From the sequence record SRR31156797_8623: 44,986 nucleotides of DNA, one strand, 5' to 3'. The notes beneath the pieces were generated by a model. It was not told the DNA's origin. It searched no databases and saw only the letters and a program-made list of their open reading frames with translations. The position numbers and the translations under genes are program-made. This document shows positions 8,777-17,434 of this stretch, in pieces. Numbering within the stretch: position 1 is the stretch's first letter; each line of letters opens with the position of its first letter.

Positions 8777-9664
8777 ATTAAAACAAATCATTATATTATT
8801 CTTAAAAAAACAATAGATGATAAAACATTTGAAGACATTTTATTACTTAAAGATATTTGCTATCAACATGATAAAACCAATCTCAAACTTGAGCTGGATT
8901 TCAAAAGAAGTATCAGCAAAGATAAAATACAGGATATAGATGAAGTTAGTGAATTTCTATATTACATTGATGACATGCTGATTGCATACCTTGGTATATG
9001 CAGTTTTGGAGATTACACCACTGCAGAAATCAACGGAATGACTCATCCGAATTTCAGAAGAAAAGGCTTTTTTACACATCTTTTAAAATTAGCTGTTAAT
9101 GAATGCAAAAATAGAGATTTTAGCAAAATACTGTTGCTTACCGATAATAAATCCAAAAGCGGTAAAAACCTGATTAAATCAGTAAATGGAAAATACAAGT
9201 TTTCTGAATATCATATGAAACTTAATGAGAACTATATTCCTGAGACGAATAATATCATCACGCTCAGAGCAGCAACAGATAATAACAGTGAAGAAATTTG
9301 GAGACAAGATGCAATTTATGGCAATTACTCTGAAGAAGCTCCTATTGATTTTAAAATAGAAACTGACCCGAATATATCAAATTATTTAGCATTATTGGAT
9401 AATCGTATAGTCGGTAAAATAAATGTTGACTATAATAATAACGAAGCATTTATCTTTGGTTTCGGCATTCTACCGGATTTCAGAGGAAAAGGCTACGGCA
9501 AAGAAACATTAAAGGGAACATTAAATATAATTATTAAACGCAATATAAATATAATTGAGCTGGACGTGGAGTGCAATAATGACCGTGCACTAAACCTCTA
9601 TAAATCTTGCGGTTTCGTGGAGGTATCTTCAATGAATTACTATGAATGTAATGTGAATGAGTGA
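8777..9664 (+). CDS. Tandem GNAT acetyltransferase (probable ATT start)
   Basis: Two acetyl-CoA motifs (HPNFRRKG, LPDFRGKGYG) and NDRALNLYKSCGF. The frame is open 66 codons upstream of the track ATG (8975) to an ATT 6 nt after AAGGAG. Confidence 0.82.
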   Translation: MKTNHYIILKKTIDDKTFEDILLLKDICYQHDKTNLKLELDFKRSISKDKIQDIDEVSEFLYYIDDMLIAYLGICSFGDYTTAEINGMTHPNFRRKGFFTHLLKLAVNECKNRDFSKILLLTDNKSKSGKNLIKSVNGKYKFSEYHMKLNENYIPETNNIITLRAATDNNSEEIWRQDAIYGNYSEEAPIDFKIETDPNISNYLALLDNRIVGKINVDYNNNEAFIFGFGILPDFRGKGYGKETLKGTLNIIIKRNINIIELDVECNNDRALNLYKSCGFVEVSSMNYYECNVNE

Positions 9665-9770
9665 TAAATTAGTAAACATATTATAAACAATCTAGTTTTT
9701 GGCATATGTCCACTTGAAATTTTCTTTTCTTCTCTTATAATTGTATATAGCAAAATAAGGAGTTAGGAAA

Positions 9771-10151
9771 ATGAAAAAACTACCACAAATTATACTAGAT
9801 GAATTTAAATTAAGAACCAATGCACCTGTAGTTACTACAATAGATGAAAACGGCAATACTAATTCAATATATGCCTCATGTGTAGCTATCTATAACGACG
9901 AATATATTTTGATTGCTAATAATAAGTTCTCAAAAACACTAAATAACATAAAGCATGGATGCAAAGGTAACTTTCTTTTTATTACTGAAAACAGAAAAGC
10001 ATATCAGCTAAAAGGGACATATTCATATTTTACTAAAGGTGAATACTATGATGATATGAAAAAATGGAATCGTCCTGATTTAGCAGGTGATGGTGTCGCT
10101 GTACTGAATGTAGATGAGATTTATCATGGTGCTGAGAAAATAGACTGTTAA
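9771..10151 (+). CDS. Pyridoxamine 5'-phosphate oxidase-like FMN-binding protein
   Basis: TTIDENG, NNKFSKTLNNI, AYQLKG, VDEIY; SD AAGGAG. Confidence 0.8.
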   Translation: MKKLPQIILDEFKLRTNAPVVTTIDENGNTNSIYASCVAIYNDEYILIANNKFSKTLNNIKHGCKGNFLFITENRKAYQLKGTYSYFTKGEYYDDMKKWNRPDLAGDGVAVLNVDEIYHGAEKIDC

Positions 10152-10155
10152 TTAC

Positions 10156-11310
10156 CTATTTTACTCTGATTGTAGTAAAATCTGTATCGCTGTACTCACG
10201 CATTGAATAATTCTTCGCATTTATATGATTAAAATGCCACCACTCATATTGGTAGGTTGTAAATCCGTAATCCATCATTATACTGGTCATATATTCCAGG
10301 TTTTCGGCAGCTTGTTCGCTCATGTTTGGATTATCCCTAGTTGCCAAGGGACCAAAATCGTGAACTTCGCTGGGCATTTCAAGCTCTTTGCCATTTGCAT
10401 CTACCAAAGTAATATCAACTGCAGCTCCCCTATTATGATTCGAGCCTGAGTCAGTATTATTAAACATTTTTTCATCACCAGACAAATTATACAAAACCGT
10501 CTGATATTTAAATGGTCTGTAGGCATCATATATTTTTATACTTAGCCCATCCTCCAGAAATCTGGTTTGGGCTTGAAGCAAAGATTTATATACTTCTCTT
10601 TGTAAAAGCACATAATAATCAGAGTAAATTTTTTGCTTAAACTGATTATCCTCAGTTGCCAAATCAATATCATGCTGCATACTTGGGCAATAGTATGTAA
10701 CATCTATCAGCTCATCCTTTGCCTCAATCTCAACTGCATCGGCACTTTTATCCTTATCTGTATCTACAGCTATTCCATCTATTACACCATCACCTGTAAT
10801 ATCTACTCTGTCACCGACAGAATATGTACCGGATTCTGGCAACTCCCTGAATTCTGTTGAAGTTTTATTGGCAACAACTACACAATACTGCGGACGAAGG
10901 GGTTCCGCCAAATCATTGTCGATAATGATATAGTCTCCAGAGCAATAACCTAGTTTACCATCAAACTCAACCTCATACCAATCATCTACCTCTGTAAAAA
11001 TACGTACTGTCAATCCGTGCTTAATAGCACCAATGATTTCATAAGTTGTATCAGCACCAGTTCTGACGCATAAATTGGAATCGTGATTCTGTAGACTTAC
11101 AAAACCTAATTGATGAGAAGGCATAGGAGTGGAAGTAGGTGCAGGAGTAAAAGTCTCCTCAACAACTATACTGATAGTCGGTGTTGGCTCTGGCATAAGC
11201 GTAGGAGTAGGTGACAACGTAGCCGCTGAAAACACCTGACTCAGCTTACCGCATCCGCTATATACAACAGCACTCAATATTAATATTATTATGTATACCG
11301 TTTTCTTCAT
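10156..11310 (-). CDS. Lipoprotein with SH3b domain and VanX-like (M15D) D-Ala-D-Ala dipeptidase domain
   Basis: YSGC lipobox, PT-rich linker, SH3b (NLCVRTGA...DDWYEVEFDGKLGY), then IYDAYRP, SNHNRGAAVD and EWWHF. Confidence 0.87.
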   Translation of the reverse strand: MKKTVYIIILILSAVVYSGCGKLSQVFSAATLSPTPTLMPEPTPTISIVVEETFTPAPTSTPMPSHQLGFVSLQNHDSNLCVRTGADTTYEIIGAIKHGLTVRIFTEVDDWYEVEFDGKLGYCSGDYIIIDNDLAEPLRPQYCVVVANKTSTEFRELPESGTYSVGDRVDITGDGVIDGIAVDTDKDKSADAVEIEAKDELIDVTYYCPSMQHDIDLATEDNQFKQKIYSDYYVLLQREVYKSLLQAQTRFLEDGLSIKIYDAYRPFKYQTVLYNLSGDEKMFNNTDSGSNHNRGAAVDITLVDANGKELEMPSEVHDFGPLATRDNPNMSEQAAENLEYMTSIMMDYGFTTYQYEWWHFNHINAKNYSMREYSDTDFTTIRVK

Positions 11311-11480
11311 ATATTATATGTTATGAGAGAAAGTTGGTATTTTCAATAAGAACAAATGTCGAATAAAAACTAGATTTAAACTATATCAAAGTTAAATGCC
11401 TTTATAGTATATTTATACCTTAGCAAAGCATAAATAGACAAGCTAAGGCATATGAGTAATTGAACTAAACTGATATTTGG

Positions 11481-12140
11481 CTATGCATCTTTTTTACTTT
11501 TTAAGCCTTTTACGAAATATATAACTAGATAAATAATTGTATAGATTCCCATCGCAAACAATATACTATCCTCATAGACGTGGTATTTAGGTATCTGTAT
11601 GAATGGTGGAAAAGGAATCGCCCAAAACAAAAGTGGTATGAAAATCCATTTGTTAACCTCTGGCATAGAAGCACACAATAATACCAGTGCTAATGCTGTA
11701 GTAGGACATGGTAATAATCCTATAAATAACATAGAGTATATATCTTTACCTTGAATTAACCCTACTGTAGGATAAATCATCACAATTATCAGCAATATTA
11801 TTGTCAAAGTTCTCATCGTTCCACTCTTTGGTATTGCTATTGTTGATTTCATTGTAAAGATGTCCACAACAAACATTAATCCTATCAGGATAAATAATGT
11901 TCCTTGTGAGATTCTCATCGGCGCAGGCAATTCAGTTCCTAGCAGGATAAAGAATCCAATACCAATCCACAAATTACTCAGAGCCAAATATACCTTTGCA
12001 AATATACTTCCTTTTTCCTTGTCGCCAAACAGTAAATATACACACAATACAATACCTATTGCCATTAAGATTAATTGCATTGGGAAAACTGTCTTATGAT
12101 AATCTCTTATCATTCCCCACCAGTCATTTGAATTTAACAT
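11481..12140 (-). CDS. Membrane protein (DUF6064-like)
   Basis: About 7 TM segments with YHKTVFPMQ, PCPTT and VYED motifs. Confidence 0.7.
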   Translation of the reverse strand: MLNSNDWWGMIRDYHKTVFPMQLILMAIGIVLCVYLLFGDKEKGSIFAKVYLALSNLWIGIGFFILLGTELPAPMRISQGTLFILIGLMFVVDIFTMKSTIAIPKSGTMRTLTIILLIIVMIYPTVGLIQGKDIYSMLFIGLLPCPTTALALVLLCASMPEVNKWIFIPLLFWAIPFPPFIQIPKYHVYEDSILFAMGIYTIIYLVIYFVKGLKSKKDA

Positions 12141-12158
12141 ATTTATTCTCCAATCTTT

Positions 12159-12177
12159 TTATTAACCAGGTTAACAA
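12159..12177. promoter_or_regulatory. Second copy of the putative MarR operator, upstream of the DUF6064-like gene
   Basis: TTATTAACCAGGTTAACAA matches the palindrome at 12665-12683. Confidence 0.7.
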
Positions 12178-12190
12178 TTGTGTAAAATTT

Positions 12191-12646
12191 TTAACCTTTT
12201 GTATTAACATTATTTATTGTAACTATTAAATTATTTAAGAACGAGATAAGAAATTCTTTTTCTTTTGTTTCTATTCTATCAACTAACTTTATTAATTCTC
12301 CAAAAGTTTCAGCTCCAAACTCATCATGAGCTTTTGCAACCATCTTCCCCTTCTCTGTTAAGGAGAAAACCACTTCCTTTTTGTTGTTGCTTGCTCTGTC
12401 CTTTAGAATGAGTTTCTTTCTTAATAATTTAGCTACGAATTTTGAGGCACCGCTTTTTGATATGCCCAGATTATTTGCTAACTCCGTCAAATTGATATCA
12501 GTATGTCTGCCAATCTCAACCAAAGTATGGGTTTCTGAAGCATAAAGCATCTCTCCAATGCCATAGTCTCTAGGAGTACTCTCCAACTGATTAAACAGTT
12601 CTTTTGACTTCATATACAATTTTATTATTTTCTCACTAGCAGTCAT
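12191..12646 (-). CDS. MarR-family regulator
   Basis: NLTELANNLGISKSGASK...NKKEVVFSLTEKG; 151 aa. Confidence 0.9.
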   Translation of the reverse strand: MTASEKIIKLYMKSKELFNQLESTPRDYGIGEMLYASETHTLVEIGRHTDINLTELANNLGISKSGASKFVAKLLRKKLILKDRASNNKKEVVFSLTEKGKMVAKAHDEFGAETFGELIKLVDRIETKEKEFLISFLNNLIVTINNVNTKG

Positions 12647-12663
12647 TATTAACTCCTTGCATT

Positions 12664-12692
12664 ATTGTACACCTGGTTAACAATAATGTCAA
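12664..12692 (-). promoter_or_regulatory. Sigma-A promoter of marR with a palindromic operator in the spacer
   Basis: Minus strand TTGACA-17 nt-TACAAT; the spacer is overlapped by TTGTTAACCAGGTGTACAA. Confidence 0.8.
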
Positions 12693-12733
12693 TACGTTAA
12701 TTATAAAGTGTTTTACATGATACATTACTATAC

Positions 12734-13627
12734 TTATATGTTGAGATAATACTTACCCTCAATTTTATTTGTAGCACAACCGCCAAATAGCATACGTACG
12801 CCTTTGACACTATCATGCTTTTTTAATTTAATATAGTTCGGATTTTTCAGGTTATCACTCTGTTCAACTAATATATTACTCTGCCACAAACCATTCTTTA
12901 CTAAATAATAGCCAAACGCTGCATTGCCAGAGCCTGTTGCTGGATCCTCCAGGTATCCAAATGTAGGTGCAAATACTCGTGTTCTGTAATCTGCCTTATT
13001 ATTATAAGTTTCGCATGTTGATACATGAATTATATCAATGCCATTATCTACACAAAAAGTATTTAAGATATCTAAATCAGGTGAAATCTCAATACACTCC
13101 TTAAGAGAATTGATAGGAACAATAAGTGTACGCAGTCCACCGTCAATTATCTCAACAGACAATTTATCATTTATTATATTTTCATCCGTACCAAAAGCAA
13201 CTGCAACCATCTTTTTATTAATATTTCTATCTATATATTTAGCTTTAGGTGCCATAATATATACTGAGTTTTCATCATTTATATAGTTGAACACAGATAG
13301 TCTGCCTGCATTAACATTAATAAATATCTCTTTTTCTTCTATCAATTCTATATTATTTTTTATTAAATCATACATTATGGCAATAGTGACATGACCGCAG
13401 AATTCCACTTCTCTTTCTGATGAATAATATTTCAAGTTAAATTCTTTATTTCTAGACCTTACGAAGCCAACCTCGCTGACAAACCCCTTCAATTCCTTTG
13501 CAATTTGTAACATTTCATCATGGCTTAATTCCTCATCTTTTCCAAGTTCAATACATCCTGCAGGATTACCAATAGATGTGCCGTCGGTAAATGCATCTAT
13601 CTTCTTAAAGTCTAATTCCTTAATCAC
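12734..13627 (-). CDS. PhzF-family isomerase/epimerase
   Basis: DAFT..GNPAG, SEVGF, EVEFCGH, RVFAP, EDPATGSG. Confidence 0.92.
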   Translation of the reverse strand: MIKELDFKKIDAFTDGTSIGNPAGCIELGKDEELSHDEMLQIAKELKGFVSEVGFVRSRNKEFNLKYYSSEREVEFCGHVTIAIMYDLIKNNIELIEEKEIFINVNAGRLSVFNYINDENSVYIMAPKAKYIDRNINKKMVAVAFGTDENIINDKLSVEIIDGGLRTLIVPINSLKECIEISPDLDILNTFCVDNGIDIIHVSTCETYNNKADYRTRVFAPTFGYLEDPATGSGNAAFGYYLVKNGLWQSNILVEQSDNLKNPNYIKLKKHDSVKGVRMLFGGCATNKIEGKYYLNI

Positions 13628-13785
13628 AATTATTCCCCCGTATAAAATATTTCAAACATTCTATCATATATTGATTGGCTAAGCACTAATAAATATAATA
13701 AAACCCAGTGAATAAATAATAGAAATATATTTTATGAAAATCCTAACTGTTGAACATGACCATTCAAATATTATCTGTACAAATG

Positions 13786-13816
13786 CAAAAAGACGGCTCA
13801 CAAAAGCCGCCCTTTC
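13786..13816 (-). terminator. Rho-independent terminator of trpB
   Basis: Minus strand AGGGCGGCT-TTTGTG-AGCCGTCT followed by a T-run. Confidence 0.75.
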
Positions 13817-13834
13817 ATCAATGAATATCTGTAA

Positions 13835-15064
13835 CTATTTTATACCTAATCTGTCACCATAATTTTCAATTACATAATCTAAGTCTTTGTCACCACGACC
13901 AGAGCAGTTAACTAGGATTGAGCCTAAACCCATTTCCTTTGCCAGTTTCATTGCATATGCAACAGCGTGAGCACTCTCTAATGCTGGAATAATACCTTCC
14001 AGTTTTGAGAGAGTTGAGAAAGCATCAATAGTCTCGTCATCTGTAGCTGTCATATATTTTACACGTCCTAAATCCTTAAGGTATGCATGTTCAGGACCAA
14101 CTGATGGATAGTCTAGACCTGAGGCTATTGAATATACCGGATCTGGTTGGCCTTTTTCATTTTGAAGCATTATTGAATTGAAGCCGTGCATAACACCCTC
14201 TTTACCATATGTCAGACTAGCTGCATGCTCACCAACTTTTGTACCAACACCAAGTGGTTCTACACCATATAATTCAACAGGATCATTAAGGAATGCACTC
14301 ATAATACCTGCCGCATTTGAACCACCGCCTACGCATGCAACAACAGCATCAGGTAATTCACCAGTCATATCTATAAACTGCTCTCTTGCCTCTATGCCTA
14401 CTACTGATTGGAAATCACGAACCATCATTGGGAATGGATGAGGTCCTACTACAGAACCGATGCAGTATATTGTGTCATCAAATTCATTCATATATGCTTC
14501 AAACGCTGCATCTACTGCTTCTTTTAATGTCTTTAGTCCGTGAGATACTGGAATTACACGTGTGCCCAATAATTTCATACGAGCTACATTTGGAGCTTGC
14601 TTTGCTATATCCACTTCACCCATATAGATATCACATTCTAGTCCAAAGTATGCCGCTGCTGTTGCCAATGCAACGCCATGCTGACCTGCTCCTGTTTCAG
14701 CAATGATTTTCTTTTTACCTAAATATTTTGCCAATAATCCTTCACCCATACAGTGGTTTAGTTTATGTGCACCTGTGTGGTTTAGATCTTCACGCTTTAG
14801 GTATATCTGGCAGTTTCCAATTGAATTAGATAATCTCTCACAGTGGCATACTGGTGTTGGACGACCTTGATATTCTTTTCTGATTCTTCTTAGTTCGTTG
14901 ATAAATTTTGAGCTTTTACAAATTGCCTGATAAGCAGTTGAAATTCTCCCAAACTCCTCTACAAGTTGTGGCGGAATATAAGCACCACCATAAGTTCCGA
15001 AATAACCTTCTTTGTTTGGGGTCGTCTTTTGGTAAACAGCAAAATCTACACCTTTTAGTAACAT
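13835..15064 (-). CDS. trpB: Tryptophan synthase beta subunit (stand-alone)
   Basis: [12 protein letters not shown] (PLP lysine), [42 protein letters not shown]. Confidence 0.97.
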   Translation of the reverse strand: MLLKGVDFAVYQKTTPNKEGYFGTYGGAYIPPQLVEEFGRISTAYQAICKSSKFINELRRIRKEYQGRPTPVCHCERLSNSIGNCQIYLKREDLNHTGAHKLNHCMGEGLLAKYLGKKKIIAETGAGQHGVALATAAAYFGLECDIYMGEVDIAKQAPNVARMKLLGTRVIPVSHGLKTLKEAVDAAFEAYMNEFDDTIYCIGSVVGPHPFPMMVRDFQSVVGIEAREQFIDMTGELPDAVVACVGGGSNAAGIMSAFLNDPVELYGVEPLGVGTKVGEHAASLTYGKEGVMHGFNSIMLQNEKGQPDPVYSIASGLDYPSVGPEHAYLKDLGRVKYMTATDDETIDAFSTLSKLEGIIPALESAHAVAYAMKLAKEMGLGSILVNCSGRGDKDLDYVIENYGDRLGIK

Positions 15065-15140
15065 AATCTTTCTCCTTTATTTTGTATTGTTTTATATTTT
15101 TATCTCTTTGTCTGATACTTAGAGATTAAATTTTCGTATT

Positions 15141-15410
15141 AAAAAAACCCTCATCCTACAATAGGACAAGAGTTACTCCTGCGGTGCCACCTAAATTGAT
15201 TCAATTGGTATAATCCAATCGCAATCCACTTCGTTCCATACTAACATATGGTCTCATATTAACGGTTGATGCCGTCAGAAACTACTTGCATACTGCTTTC
15301 TCTTCTGCCCTCATAAGCCCATTCAACAAAGTCCTACATATCGCAATCCCACCATCTGCGACTCTCTTCTAAGCGGTATCTTCACTTACTTCTCTTACTC
15401 AACGGTTTGT
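15141..15410 (-). ncRNA. T-box riboswitch, Trp-specific
   Basis: Minus strand: Stem I AGTA, AGAGAG and GGTGGGA motifs; specifier loop GAA-TGG-GCT (UGG at 15319-15321); AGTAG and CCGTTA motifs; T-box AATTTAGGTGGCACCGC; terminator CTCTTGTCCTA...TAGGATGAGGG plus T-run. Upstream promoter TTGACA-17-TAATCT at 15432-15460. Confidence 0.93.
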
Positions 15411-15625
15411 ATTAATTAAATTATTACCAATAGATTACTATGTATTTATTTGTCTGTCAAGAGTATTTTTTAATTTTTTTACTCACATTTACTATCTATA
15501 ACAATTATTTGAATGTACTTAAATCATAATATCATATCTTTATTAATTATATTTGTTGAAAAAATTATACTTCAATTGCACTTGTAAATATTTGGGGTTT
15601 AGTTATAATAAGCTTGGAGGTAGTT

Positions 15626-16666
15626 ATGAAAAAATATATAAAAATTTGGGATTTCGTTATCCTGGTTCTCTCGCTTATTGGTTTTACCATGACCTTTTAT
15701 TCTTTTGGAGTTTTTGTATATAAATACAGATTAACTCACATCTTTATAAAAAGCATAGTAATGCATATTATTATTCTTGGAGTATTGTTTGCTGTTATTA
15801 ACATTGCACTAAAGAAAAAGGCTGTAAGAATAATCCTAAAATTGATATTGTCAATTATTGTCACCTTTGCACTGTCAACATATTTTGTACAGGATCCCAT
15901 GGTATTTATAGGATATTACAATCAGGATATGGCATACACTGAAGATGAAATGATTAAAATGACCGAGACGGTATATGATAATGAAAATATCGAGGCCTTT
16001 TCTATACAAAATAAAGGCGCAGAGCTAAAGGGGTGGTTCAAAGTTGCAGATACAGAAAATGCACCAACTATAGTCGTGTTCAACGGAAACGGAGGTCTGG
16101 CAGACCCTACATTTGATTTATATTATGGTATCAGCGACAAATGCAATATCTTAGTAGTAGACTATCGTGGTTACGGAAATAGCAGCGGAATACCAAACCA
16201 AAGAAATACAAAGTCTGATGCTCTGGCGATTATTGACTACCTTCAAATGTATAATGAGTACAGTGACAATGGTATCTATCTGCTGGGATACAGTATTGGT
16301 ACAGAAATAGCATCATATGCAGCAACAGTTAGGGATGTTGATGGTTTAATCTTAGTTACACCATTTAACGACTTAGTCAATTTATATAATGAGATGACAG
16401 GAAATTTATTTACTGGTCCGATAAAACTATTAGTAAAATATAATTTCAGTCCAGCCAGAAATATTCAAGAAGTTGAGGAGGATACCCTCATTATCTGCTC
16501 CAATAATGATGGTATGTTCACCGTAGATATGGCAAAGGAAGTGGAAAGTAATGCACTGGGTAATACTGAATTAGTAATCTTTGAAGATGTCGAACATAAT
16601 GATTACTTCATTGAACCTTATAACACTGAAACCTATAAAATTATTAATGAGTTTATTTTTAAATAA
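15626..16666 (+). CDS. Membrane-anchored alpha/beta hydrolase
   Basis: Three N-terminal TM segments; FNGNG, VDYRGYGNSSG, GYSIG nucleophile elbow, HND. Confidence 0.87.
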   Translation: MKKYIKIWDFVILVLSLIGFTMTFYSFGVFVYKYRLTHIFIKSIVMHIIILGVLFAVINIALKKKAVRIILKLILSIIVTFALSTYFVQDPMVFIGYYNQDMAYTEDEMIKMTETVYDNENIEAFSIQNKGAELKGWFKVADTENAPTIVVFNGNGGLADPTFDLYYGISDKCNILVVDYRGYGNSSGIPNQRNTKSDALAIIDYLQMYNEYSDNGIYLLGYSIGTEIASYAATVRDVDGLILVTPFNDLVNLYNEMTGNLFTGPIKLLVKYNFSPARNIQEVEEDTLIICSNNDGMFTVDMAKEVESNALGNTELVIFEDVEHNDYFIEPYNTETYKIINEFIFK

Positions 16667-16683
16667 ATCTTACGATTAAGTAT

Positions 16684-16717
16684 ATGCCATCATGTGAAAA
16701 ATCGTGATGGCATTTTT
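16684..16717 (+). terminator. Rho-independent terminator
   Basis: ATGCCATCATG...CGTGATGGCAT followed by TTTT. Confidence 0.75.
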
Positions 16718-16875
16718 ATTATAAAAAGTACTGAATACATTTCTTAAAAGTCTTTTTGTCTGTAAATCATATATTGTAGTAACAAATAATTCTTTATTAG
16801 CAGATATAAATCACATAATACTCATAATTTATCACATAATATTTTACTAATTGATTAATATTTCCAAAATAACTC

Positions 16876-16932
16876 TTGACAGAATCGGGCAAAGGGTTTA
16901 CCCTGTATACGGACGGGGAAAGAAATTGCCCG
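16876..16932 (+). promoter_or_regulatory. Promoter of the blaI-like gene with two palindromic operators
   Basis: TTGACA-17-TACCCT; operators CGGGCAAA-GGG-TTTACCCT (16886-16904) and CGGGGAAA-GAA-ATTGCCCG (16914-16932). Confidence 0.7.
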
Positions 16933-16961
16933 ATAATGATATCATTTTTTAGAGGTGACCC

Positions 16962-17351
16962 ATGGAAAACAATAACAATTTATCAAAGAATGACTTAACA
17001 GTAATGGAAATCATCTGGCAGCAGGGTGAAGCAACAAACGCTTCTATCCTAAAAAGCTTGAATGATGAGCCAAACTGGAGTCGATATACTGTGAAAACCT
17101 ATATAACCAGACTGCGTGAAAAAGGGTTAGTAGATGTGAAAGACACAAATACCAAAACATATATCTATTATCCATTAATCAGTAAGGAAAACTATCTCGC
17201 TGATGATGCCAGTCAATATCTTAACGACCATTTTAAGAACCTTACCCATATGGTGGCTGGATTGGTCGAGAATGAAAAAATAAGTGAAGATGCAATTGAT
17301 GACCTTGAAAAGTATATTCAGGAAATCAAAGCAAAAAGGCACAAGTCTTAG
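16962..17351 (+). CDS. BlaI/MecI/CopY-family repressor
   Basis: LTVMEIIW, WSRYTVKTYITRLREKG, YYPLIS. Confidence 0.93.
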   Translation: MENNNNLSKNDLTVMEIIWQQGEATNASILKSLNDEPNWSRYTVKTYITRLREKGLVDVKDTNTKTYIYYPLISKENYLADDASQYLNDHFKNLTHMVAGLVENEKISEDAIDDLEKYIQEIKAKRHKS

Positions 17352-17434
17352 ACTTGACAACGTTATAAATACAGAGCTAATAAGAATGCGTTTCACCAAG
17401 CTTTGTATATGTAAATGAAAGGTATATTCAAACT

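Noticed and set aside
10156-11310. Vancomycin resistance locus
   Set aside because: No vanH, vanA/B or vanRS nearby, and the protein is an exported SH3 fusion.
16884-16934. c-di-GMP-I-like riboswitch or RNA hairpin (GGGCAAA...TTGCCCGAT)
   Set aside because: It lacks the GCAAA..GGTCTAA core, and the left arm lies within the promoter spacer, so it would not be transcribed. Two DNA operators explain it better.
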